Origin: a virus
Lineage: Duplodnaviria > Caudoviricetes
Reading direction: 5' to 3' (one strand)
IMG/VR virus record: IMGVR_UViG_3300020045_009111
Location: 1 to 40,527 of that record
Length of the DNA: 40,527 nt
In this document: piece by piece, positions 33,785 through 40,527 of the stretch
How the letters are laid out: each line of letters starts with the position of its first letter
How positions within the stretch are numbered: the first letter of the stretch is position 1
Notes under the pieces: model-generated
Told to the model about the DNA's origin: nothing
Database searches by the model: none
What the model saw: only the letters and a program-made list of their open reading frames with translations
Made by a program: the position numbers and the translations under genes

Positions 33785-33808
33785 GCCCCGGGTAACGCCG
33801 GGGCTTTT
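33785..33808 (+). repeat. Intergenic hairpin, CGG-KTAACR-CCG family (possible weak terminator)
   Basis: GCCCCGG-GTAACG-CCGGGGC-TTTT. Confidence 0.7.
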
Positions 33809-33825
33809 AAAAACAATTTTAAGAA

Positions 33826-35103
33826 ATGAGCATACAATCTATAAAAATTCAGAACTTCAAAGGCCTTAAGTCGTTTCAGGGTGAAGTTTACGGCCGTGAT
33901 ATTTATCTTACGGGCCGCAACGGCGCTGGCAAAACTTCGTTTATCGAAGCTGTTTATTTTGCGCTTACCGGCAAAAACCTACCCACTGAACCGGTAACTA
34001 AAGGCGAGAAAAAAGGACTTATTGAAATCACTCTCGAAGACGGTTATGTAGTAAGGGTTAAGCTAAATAAAACAGGCAAAACACCTGTTAGTTTTGAGAT
34101 AGAGAACCTGAATGCAGAAAGCGCAGAAGATCAATTTATCAAGGCACCTCGCACCTGGCTAAATAACCGAATAGGGGTTATTGACTTTGATGTTAACGCC
34201 TTTTTTGCACTTAGCGCGCAAAAACAAGTAGAGTATTTTTGTAAAGTTTCCGGTATTGATGTTAGCGATATAAACGCTAATATTGAAGAGATTTCGGAAA
34301 GTCGTAAATTCGACAAAAAGCAGCTTGCAACCCTACAGACGCAAACCGGTTTCTACAAGACCGAAGATGTCGTAAAAGAACCTATTGATATGGTCGCGCT
34401 TTCCGGTGAAATATCTGCGCTCAGGGAAGAGCAGCGTGTTAAGCAGGAAAACTTTACAAAAATCCAGAACGGTATAAATTCCAGAGAAGATCAGCTACAA
34501 AGAAACTCAGAAGAGCTTGAAAGGCTTATTAAGGCTATTGAAACGCTTAACTACAACAGTCAGGTAATCGACGAAGAGGTACAGGCTGGTAAAGCATGGT
34601 TGGCAGATATTAACAACGTCCCTGGTGAAAACCCTGTACTTGTACAGAAAGAAACGGACTTTGCAAACGCCTCTACTATCAATGCGGGTATAGCTGAAGC
34701 CAAAAGATTTAAGGAGGCTGACGACAAGATTGAGCAGCTTACAAACGCTATAGAATCAGCTACCGAAGAAATAGCCGTGCAGCGTGAACAAAAAGGCATT
34801 GTTATATCTGAAAAAATAAATATCGACGGCCTTGTTTTCGATACGGAAAAAGAGATATTTTTGTATAATGGATTGCCGTTTGAAAGCAACCAGATCAATA
34901 CCGCTTCCCAGATAATCGCCGGTCTTAAAATAGGCGCTTCGCTTCTTAATGAAGTTAAGATATTGAAACTTGACGCTTCATTGATCGATAAAGAGAATTT
35001 CTCAGCTATCCAGGAATGGACAAAGAGCGAAGGCATTGAACTGTTTGTCGAACTTGTTGACCGTGAAGGTGGCGATTTAAAAATTGTTATTGATGAATCC
35101 TAA
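33826..35103 (+). CDS. Rad50/SbcC-like coiled-coil ATPase
   Basis: IKIQNFKGL, Walker A GRNGAGKT, long coiled coil, degenerate signature and ILKLDASLID Walker B region. Confidence 0.85.
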   Translation: MSIQSIKIQNFKGLKSFQGEVYGRDIYLTGRNGAGKTSFIEAVYFALTGKNLPTEPVTKGEKKGLIEITLEDGYVVRVKLNKTGKTPVSFEIENLNAESAEDQFIKAPRTWLNNRIGVIDFDVNAFFALSAQKQVEYFCKVSGIDVSDINANIEEISESRKFDKKQLATLQTQTGFYKTEDVVKEPIDMVALSGEISALREEQRVKQENFTKIQNGINSREDQLQRNSEELERLIKAIETLNYNSQVIDEEVQAGKAWLADINNVPGENPVLVQKETDFANASTINAGIAEAKRFKEADDKIEQLTNAIESATEEIAVQREQKGIVISEKINIDGLVFDTEKEIFLYNGLPFESNQINTASQIIAGLKIGASLLNEVKILKLDASLIDKENFSAIQEWTKSEGIELFVELVDREGGDLKIVIDES

Positions 35104-35410
35104 TATTAGAGCTAGAACACAATTCTTAAGGGACCTGGCTTTAAAGGCAATAGGCGGCGACGCTTTTGACGAAAAAAGGATTGAAGTAAATACCATGGCA
35201 AGGCGTGCTATTTACGACCAGCTTACGTTAGAAGGTTTTGGGGTTACTGATATATCTAAAGCTGTAGGGGTGAACCACGCCACCGTAATCGTAGCGAAAA
35301 AAACACACTCAGACAGACTTTCTGCAGACAAGAAGTACCGAGAAATATTCAATAATTTTAAGCAATCTGTAATAACATCCGAATGCCCATGTTGCCACCG
35401 CCCATTATAG
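35093..35410 (+). CDS. DnaA domain IV-like HTH protein
   Basis: ARRAIY...GVTDISKAVGVNHATVIVA resembles the DnaA C-terminal IG..F.RDHTTV.HA; C-terminal CPCC; probable start at 35093. Confidence 0.75.
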   Translation: MNPNIRARTQFLRDLALKAIGGDAFDEKRIEVNTMARRAIYDQLTLEGFGVTDISKAVGVNHATVIVAKKTHSDRLSADKKYREIFNNFKQSVITSECPCCHRPL

Positions 35411-35511
35411 ATATACCTTGTACGGTAATCGAAAAATATGAACGATTAAAAAAAGTTAATCCAGCCATAGAAATACTTGCAAAAACTTTTGATTTAACAA
35501 TTGATTTGTAG
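35383..35511 (+). CDS. 42-aa peptide resembling the Bacteroidota DnaX (tau) C-terminal tail
   Basis: MPMLPPPIIDIPCTVIEKYERLKKVNPAIEILAKTFDLTIDL; overlaps the upstream gene; below the ORF-track cutoff. Confidence 0.6.
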   Translation: MPMLPPPIIDIPCTVIEKYERLKKVNPAIEILAKTFDLTIDL

Positions 35512-35523
35512 TATATTTACCCA

Positions 35524-35622
35524 CAGTAAGTTTTTTCATAAAGATGGGTTAGGTTAATTTTCTTTTTTAAAATTGTTTTATGTTGTTTGAAAATCCCGGC
35601 TTCGACTACCGGGATTTTTTTT
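35524..35622 (+). ncRNA. Candidate ~100-nt small RNA
   Basis: Promoter-like TTTG 35488-35491, 20 nt, TATATTTA 35512-35519; U-rich body with no substantial ORF; hairpin AAAATCCCGG...CCGGGATTTTTTTT at 35590-35622. Confidence 0.5.
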
Positions 35623-35640
35623 AATCTTTAATTTTAAAAT

Positions 35641-35964
35641 ATGGAACAAAATAAATTTCCGTGGATCTCTTTTTTAATCATTGCATTTATAATGATCCTG
35701 TGTATAAATCTCGCCTTTGGCTTTTTCTTCGATAAGGCTGACCCCGAAAACGCCACACAGCAAAAAATAGACGCTGTATACAAAAAACAAGATAGCGCTG
35801 TATCAAGTACAGTTGCGGCATCTAAAAGTAACGTTACAAAGTCAAATAACCTTAAAAAATCCTTACCCCTTGAAATACCCGTCATTACTGATACTACTGA
35901 TGCATACATGCGTGAGTATATCTCAAATTACACCCCCGAATTCCTTACTGCGCCTAAACCCTGA
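35641..35964 (+). CDS. Putative inner-membrane spanin-like protein
   Basis: N-terminal TM helix and helical periplasmic part; overlaps the next gene; adjacent to the lysis genes. Confidence 0.55.
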   Translation: MEQNKFPWISFLIIAFIMILCINLAFGFFFDKADPENATQQKIDAVYKKQDSAVSSTVAASKSNVTKSNNLKKSLPLEIPVITDTTDAYMREYISNYTPEFLTAPKP

Positions 35965-36247
35965 TCAGGTATTATTTGTATATACCGGCCTGAAGCAAGG
36001 CGAAGTTTACCGACATCGATACGCTGAAGCTTTGAACGTTATAGACAGCCTGAACGGAATCGTAGAAAACCAGGATTACAATCTAAATCTCATGGTAGAC
36101 ACTATGAGGCAGCACGATCAGGAACTAAAGCGGCTGTATGATGAGAGGCAAAAAGCTGCAGTAGAAAATAAGCCGGTGCCATGGTATCAAAATCCATGGC
36201 TGTATGGTGTGGCCGGATTAATTACAGGAATTTTAATAACTAATTAA
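35870..36247 (+). CDS. Putative spanin-like protein with signal peptide, coiled coil and C-terminal TM
   Basis: Probable TTG start (M)KYPSLLILLMHTCVSIS-Q; heptad repeats; WLYGVAGLITGILI tail. Confidence 0.55.
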   Translation: MKYPSLLILLMHTCVSISQITPPNSLLRLNPDQVLFVYTGLKQGEVYRHRYAEALNVIDSLNGIVENQDYNLNLMVDTMRQHDQELKRLYDERQKAAVENKPVPWYQNPWLYGVAGLITGILITN

Positions 36248-36248
36248 T

Positions 36249-36395
36249 ATGGGAATGGTAAGAAGATTAGTTGCTGTTATTTACATGCAGGTAGGTGTTA
36301 CGATCATAGGGCTTCCTGATCTTATAGATTTTAATATTTACAGAAAAATTTATCCGAAATCGTGGATAAATATTAAAAGCAAATATATACCATAA
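36249..36395 (+). CDS. Small hypothetical protein (48 aa)
   Basis: MGMVRRLVAVIYMQVGVTIIGLPDLIDF...; fills the gap up to the terminator. Confidence 0.5.
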   Translation: MGMVRRLVAVIYMQVGVTIIGLPDLIDFNIYRKIYPKSWINIKSKYIP

Positions 36396-36397
36396 GT

Positions 36398-36422
36398 AAG
36401 CCCCTTAATTGGGGCTTTTTTA
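36398..36422. terminator. Terminator of the GCCCCAATTAAGGGGC family, inverted copy
   Basis: AAGCCCCTTAATTGGGGCTTTTTT where the plus arm converges with the endolysin gene. Confidence 0.82.
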
Positions 36423-36884
36423 TTGTCCTACCTGGAAGTGCATCCAGTCGTAATTTTTTTCTCTTCCTAAACTTTGCCAGCCGTGTTTGTAAAATATATC
36501 AATCATGGCCTTATACTCAGGGCGTGCAAACCTGGCTGTTTTAGCTGTCTCATGTAGTTGGTTACGCTCAGGGTCAAGATCTATAGCCAGGCCCCAGCTG
36601 TGTACGCTCCAGTCGGTACCGCCGCGCATCTGTCTAAAATTGAAGCAGCCGCCGAATATATCGATACCCAGCTCCTTTATTTTTTCGTGGCCGTAAGCGT
36701 CCAATATATCAGCGAAAATGTTTTTTAAGTCTTCGGCCGCTGCCTTGTGGCACCTCATTTTATTTACAGTGATTTTTTTGTCCCACGCAATACGCATTGG
36801 GTAGGGTAACTCTATAGTGGTTAAGTAGCTGCCCTGCTGATTAGGCTTCCCGTATTTAGCTATAATTTGTTTTGTAGTTATCAT
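36420..36884 (-). CDS. Endolysin, M15-family Zn peptidase
   Basis: [21 protein letters not shown] and DWMHFQ motifs. Confidence 0.9.
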   Translation of the reverse strand: MITTKQIIAKYGKPNQQGSYLTTIELPYPMRIAWDKKITVNKMRCHKAAAEDLKNIFADILDAYGHEKIKELGIDIFGGCFNFRQMRGGTDWSVHSWGLAIDLDPERNQLHETAKTARFARPEYKAMIDIFYKHGWQSLGREKNYDWMHFQVGQ

Positions 36885-37183
36885 TTTTTGAAGAAGCTAA
36901 AAATTAATGTAATAGTACCAGCAACAATACTTGAAACGCACCATATAATTATTTTTACGTATTCTGTATTTTTAATCCTGTACTCGTTAAGGATTTTCAC
37001 TTCTGCTTTTATGGCTTCTAGCTCTGCTTTATTAGACAGCATTTGCCCAACTAAGCCCTTTTCTCCTGATAAAGTGTTGCCCATAATTGCTGATTTTATC
37101 AGGCTAACATCATGCTGTATGTTTTCTACGTTGCCCTCCATTTTGTCAAAACGTTGCTTTTCTTCTGGTGTCATAGGATCCAT
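36881..37183 (-). CDS. Lysis-module membrane protein (coiled coil plus C-terminal TM)
   Basis: GEKGLV motif and [22 protein letters not shown]; immediately upstream of the endolysin. Confidence 0.65.
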   Translation of the reverse strand: MDPMTPEEKQRFDKMEGNVENIQHDVSLIKSAIMGNTLSGEKGLVGQMLSNKAELEAIKAEVKILNEYRIKNTEYVKIIIWCVSSIVAGTITLIFSFFKK

Positions 37184-37186
37184 TTT

Positions 37187-37468
37187 TTACTCTTCTACCG
37201 CGTTTTTGATATTTTCCGCATGAGTATTACTGTTTGCAGTAATCACAACCTTCGGCTTATCGAAGAAATTCTTTAATAAATAACCTACAAGCGCACCTAC
37301 AGCCACCTTTGCCAGATATAAGTAGTCAAATTCAAAATGCCCGGCTTCAAGTGATTGCTGAACAGCAACAAGCACGGGAACTAAAACAGCTAAAAGCACG
37401 CCTTTTAAATAATCCCTTAATTTAAGGCTAAAGCGCTTTGAAGTTATAATTTTACCCATGATTAACAT
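37187..37468 (-). CDS. Putative holin (2 TM)
   Basis: DYLKGVLLAVLVPVL and AVGALVGYLLKNFF helices; in the lysis cassette. Confidence 0.7.
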   Translation of the reverse strand: MLIMGKIITSKRFSLKLRDYLKGVLLAVLVPVLVAVQQSLEAGHFEFDYLYLAKVAVGALVGYLLKNFFDKPKVVITANSNTHAENIKNAVEE

Positions 37469-37482
37469 AATTTTAATATTTA

Positions 37483-37524
37483 CAAATGTATAATAAAAAA
37501 ATCCACACTGGCAAAATGTGGATT
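37483..37524 (-). promoter_or_regulatory. Terminator plus restart promoter upstream of the holin
   Basis: Hairpin AATCCACA...TGTGGATT with a minus-strand T-run, followed by TACATTTG (37490-37483). Confidence 0.6.
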
Positions 37525-37530
37525 GATTAA

Positions 37531-37869
37531 TTAGGCATATGCATTATCAAATTTCCTGACTGCGTAGGTTGCAAATGAGGTTATAGCCATTATTATCGCG
37601 GTGATGTATTCGTACATACCGTAGACATATGGATTTACGAATACTTCATCAATGAGGTTGTAACTAAATATCATTAAAGCAAACAGCCTTATGAATTTTA
37701 CCGGGCGTTGCACGTAGTAGTCCAGACAGATAATCACAGCGGCGAGCGATAACAGTATTGCGAATATATCCCGCTCTACATCATCAAAAAGAGTGAACAA
37801 CGGCACATTTTTTAATTGGTAAGCGGCTACAACTAATGTAACCGCCAACCCTAACAAATACTTACGCAC
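37531..37869 (-). CDS. Multi-pass membrane protein (~4 TM)
   Basis: 112 aa, mostly hydrophobic; GTG start overlaps the upstream peptide gene. Confidence 0.7.
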   Translation of the reverse strand: MRKYLLGLAVTLVVAAYQLKNVPLFTLFDDVERDIFAILLSLAAVIICLDYYVQRPVKFIRLFALMIFSYNLIDEVFVNPYVYGMYEYITAIIMAITSFATYAVRKFDNAYA

Positions 37870-38005
37870 CCGGTTTGCGTTTTTTTCTGCCGCCTATAAC
37901 CCATCCAGCTGAGAGTAGAAGCCTTTCAGCTTGCCCTAGCGCGTCAAGTTTTGCCTGGTCTGTAACTGTTTCATCGTAGGTTAAAAATACCTCGTTGTTT
38001 CCCAT
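37862..38005 (-). CDS. 47-aa peptide with a basic C-terminus
   Basis: MGNNEVFLTYDETVTDQAKLDALGQAERLLLSAGWVIGGRKKRKPGA; follows the promoter at 38036-38043. Confidence 0.6.
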   Translation of the reverse strand: MGNNEVFLTYDETVTDQAKLDALGQAERLLLSAGWVIGGRKKRKPGA

Positions 38006-38035
38006 TGTGTAAAATTTTAATTGTTAAAATGAATA

Positions 38036-38072
38036 CAAATATAAATAAAAAACCCTCACTAAAGAGGGTTTT
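38036..38072 (-). terminator. Terminator of the fibre operon plus restart promoter
   Basis: AAAACCCTC-N6-GAGGGTTTT hairpin at 38049-38072, then minus-strand TATATTTG at 38043-38036. Confidence 0.7.
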
Positions 38073-38080
38073 ATTTTAAA

Positions 38081-38746
38081 TTATAATGTCATTTCCCATT
38101 GCTGAATTATGGAAGCTGAAGCTGTGCCGGTCGTGACGGTCCGCACCCTGAAATAATAACCTACAGGCACAGGGAACACGATATTTCCGGTTTGCCCGTT
38201 TGTTATCTGTATCGTTACCGACAGCCCTACGCTGCTTGTGTTTCCGTTTTGCGTTGGCGTTGTCCACGTGGTTCCATTTTGAGATATTTCCCCGTACACG
38301 GTTACGCTGCTACTACCAGCTAACAGCGGGTTTGTTACGCTGGCGTTTACGCTGTAAACTGCAAGCATCGGTCGGGTACCTGTATTCTGGTAGCTGGTGT
38401 TTACTACGCGGCCCGGGCTAAAGTTGATTGTAGGGAATGGCGTTTCACCCGTTGGGAGTTTGTAAACAAAAAGCCATCTTCCAGGATCTGTAGTAAGGAA
38501 AACATCAGGTTTTAATACCGTAGTGCCGTTATCCGTGGCGGTAGAAACATCGGACCACCGCCATAATTCCGGCGTCATATCTCCGAACGCCGCAACACCA
38601 TAAACAGAACATACCTGATTATTGCCGCCTAAATAACCCCTGAGGCTCGATCTTACGGCTATGTTTATCGATCCCCTAACCGGTTCGTAGGTCTGGGCCG
38701 CGCAGGTGCCGAATACCATAATGCACAAAAACAAAAACTTCTTCAT
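38081..38746 (-). CDS. Tailspike/fibre-type protein with a signal peptide
   Basis: MKKFLFLCIMVFGTCAA-Q; tailspike-N-like WSDVSTATDNGTTV...GRW; fibre C-terminal-like YQNTG.RP...VPVGYYFRV. Confidence 0.72.
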   Translation of the reverse strand: MKKFLFLCIMVFGTCAAQTYEPVRGSINIAVRSSLRGYLGGNNQVCSVYGVAAFGDMTPELWRWSDVSTATDNGTTVLKPDVFLTTDPGRWLFVYKLPTGETPFPTINFSPGRVVNTSYQNTGTRPMLAVYSVNASVTNPLLAGSSSVTVYGEISQNGTTWTTPTQNGNTSSVGLSVTIQITNGQTGNIVFPVPVGYYFRVRTVTTGTASASIIQQWEMTL

Positions 38747-38763
38747 TATTGTAAGGTTTAAAA

Positions 38764-40527
38764 TTACTTATCAACACGCACCGTAAAGCTTCCTGCTGCC
38801 GGGTTTAATCCTGTTGATGTGTAATTATTGAACCTAACAGTAACAACATCTGTAGCGGACACCCATGCTGTAAAACAACTGTTTGGCAATACAGAAGCGT
38901 TTGGCACGCCCAAATATACGGGCTTTCCTGCTATAGCCCCTGTTAAAGAAATATTAATATCTGAACTTGATTGCCCGGATGTTGTAGGGAAATCTAATGT
39001 TGCTGTTCCTGTTAGGGCTGTTACAGCCTGTAACTGCACCAATGGCACAAAATCATTTGTAGCCGTTGCGTTTGAACCATAGGCGCGCCCATCAGACCTA
39101 AAGCCGCCCACTACACCCGTAGAGTTCTTAACGTTAAATAAGTCGCCTGTATTACTTGCATTAGTATTTCCTGTTGTAAATGAAACACCTGTAGTTTGAG
39201 TTCTGGTAACATCCACACCTGTAGTAAGCAAAGATAATACACCGTTAGCAACTGTAGCTGAAGTAAACGGCATGAAGGCACGTATATAGCTACCATCAAG
39301 ATTTAACTGATTCACATTATTTCTTATTAATGTAAGGTTAAAAGAATTAGTAGTTCCAAGAATCATTGTTGCTGTAGCAGGATCGCCGCCAATAGTCGCC
39401 TTACCTGCCAATGCTGTGAATGCTCCCCCACTTGTAAATAAATCAGTACTGCCTGATGTGGGTGTGGAAGAAACGGGCGTGTAAGTTGTTGTTGTGCCTG
39501 ATTTTGTAACAACTCCTGCGCCTGATTGCACAGGCTCTTTGCCATTAAGGGATGTTTGTGCAGCGGTGCTTATATAGTTAGGGTCGGCAGCAAATACATT
39601 AGCCGTTAGTGTTATGCCCGTGCCGTTTGTGTAGGTGCCAGCGCCTGCAAGCTGCCCAAAAGTAATATTGTCCGTACCAATAACAGGGTCTGTTGTATTT
39701 GTGCACGTCCATTGTGTATTTTTATACAGGGAACCTAATCTTACAAGTTCGGCTGATTGGCCTATTTCTGCTGATGTGTCCGCGTCTAATGCGCGCGCCC
39801 ATGCCCCAGAGGCGACCACGTAAATGCCGTTTTGCGTGGCGTTTGTTTGGCTTCCAACTAAAACCCTGTCGCCTATAGATGTGGAGACACCGTCTATTGT
39901 CTGAACACCTGATAGCGTTATGTTGCCTGTAGTTTTAACCTTTACCTCTTGTTTCCATGTAAGTCCGGTCAAAGCATTGTCTAAATAATTCCTGGATATA
40001 GCCGAGTTTGCTCCCGCTGGGATTGTGGGCACAACAAGATCACTTATAAATGTACCATTCATTGAAGTTACCGAAGCAGGTGTTATATTTCCAAGACCTA
40101 TTGTAGGTACAGCCGGGTTTGTATTATCTACTGTAACACCATTGGAACCGGATATACCGGTAAGCGTACCGCCGCCTGCTGCTAAAATCATCGCGGCTAT
40201 ACCTTTGCGTTGTACGTAATCTAAATCATTTGTAGCATTAGCTGTAAAGTCTGAAGTACCTGTAATCCCTCTACTTGAAGGGAAATCACTATCTACCTGT
40301 ATTTGGCCGCCACTAACTGATATTCCTGCCCCTTGCCCGTCTGTATCTATGGAAAGCATGCCGGGCACACCTGTTTCCCCTATTTGTATTCTCGAATTGC
40401 CGTTTGAAGTCGTTCTTATTAACCCTAAAGGCTCCCCAGGCAAATCAAGTTCTATGTTACCGGTAACAGGTGTTCCTGAAACTGTACCGCTTAAGGGTAC
40501 ATACCCTTGTAAATCCTGCAATCTTAC
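38764..40527 (-). CDS. C-terminal part of the ~814-aa tail-fibre-like protein (starts at 802)
   Basis: Thr/Gly-rich; contains the common fibre domain KQEVKVKTTGNITLSGVQTIDG...GDRVLV..QT...QNGIYV...GAWARA.DAD. Confidence 0.88.
   Translation of the reverse strand, partial: VRLQDLQGYVPLSGTVSGTPVTGNIELDLPGEPLGLIRTTSNGNSRIQIGETGVPGMLSIDTDGQGAGISVSGGQIQVDSDFPSSRGITGTSDFTANATNDLDYVQRKGIAAMILAAGGGTLTGISGSNGVTVDNTNPAVPTIGLGNITPASVTSMNGTFISDLVVPTIPAGANSAISRNYLDNALTGLTWKQEVKVKTTGNITLSGVQTIDGVSTSIGDRVLVGSQTNATQNGIYVVASGAWARALDADTSAEIGQSAELVRLGSLYKNTQWTCTNTTDPVIGTDNITFGQLAGAGTYTNGTGITLTANVFAADPNYISTAAQTSLNGKEPVQSGAGVVTKSGTTTTYTPVSSTPTSGSTDLFTSGGAFTALAGKATIGGDPATATMILGTTNSFNLTLIRNNVNQLNLDGSYIRAFMPFTSATVANGVLSLLTTGVDVTRTQTTGVSFTTGNTNASNTGDLFNVKNSTGVVGGFRSDGRAYGSNATATNDFVPLVQLQAVTALTGTATLDFPTTSGQSSSDINISLTGAIAGKPVYLGVPNASVLPNSCFTAWVSATDVVTVRFNNYTSTGLNPAAGSFTVRVDK
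40407..40527 (+). repeat. Terminal direct repeat, right copy
   Basis: Identical to 1-121. Confidence 0.95.

Larger units (their letters stand above)
1..40527. mobile_element. Complete circularly permuted myovirus-like phage genome (~40,406 bp unique), probably lytic, Bacteroidota host
   Basis: Terminase, portal, protease, capsid, sheath, tube, tape measure, baseplate, lysis and replication genes are all present. The ends overlap by 121 bp. Promoters match the Bacteroidota -33/-7 consensus. No integrase or flanking host genes seen. Confidence 0.93.

Noticed and set aside
48-40219. Many ORF-track entries antisense to or nested in long genes (e.g. 1014..1370, 6264..6722, 10533..10979, 16990..17475, 34560..35036)
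   Set aside because: They are shadows of well-supported genes and have no recognisable motifs, promoters or leaders.
40407-40527. 121-bp terminal repeat as a biological DTR or att site
   Set aside because: It is an exact duplicate lying in the middle of a coding sequence, which is best explained as assembler overlap of a circular or permuted genome.
38081-40527. Diversity-generating retroelement or invertible fibre cassette
   Set aside because: No reverse transcriptase, recombinase, template/variable repeat pair or flanking inverted repeats were seen.
1-40527. Stop-codon reassignment
   Set aside because: Core genes are full length in the standard code, and TAG and TGA both end genes at sensible positions.

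Overview
This window looks like a complete, circularly permuted tailed dsDNA phage genome of about 40,406 bp: bases 1-121 are identical to 40407-40527, and one gene runs across that junction. Contractile-tail (sheath, tube, baseplate) and Mu-like head genes, a PBSX-type terminase, a VirE_N/VapE replication module and TTTG-N19-TAnnTTTG promoters point to a myovirus of a Bacteroidota (probably Flavobacteriia) host. I found no integrase, CI-like repressor, DNA polymerase, tRNA or CRISPR array. The main unusual observations are: (1) five small-gene islands inserted antisense into the minus-strand virion region, each opened by a back-to-back promoter unit of conserved geometry that also appears to restart the flanking structural gene, in four cases as a leaderless mRNA; (2) two tail-fibre/tailspike-type proteins with Sec signal peptides followed by Gln; (3) three small proteins resembling pieces of host RpoB, DnaA domain IV and the DnaX (tau) C-terminus; (4) two paralogues of the helicase C-terminal domain flanking an origin-like region; (5) a candidate sRNA antisense to translation starts; (6) a clear tail-chaperone -1 frameshift. 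All protein family calls come from motif recognition and gene order; no database searches were run.
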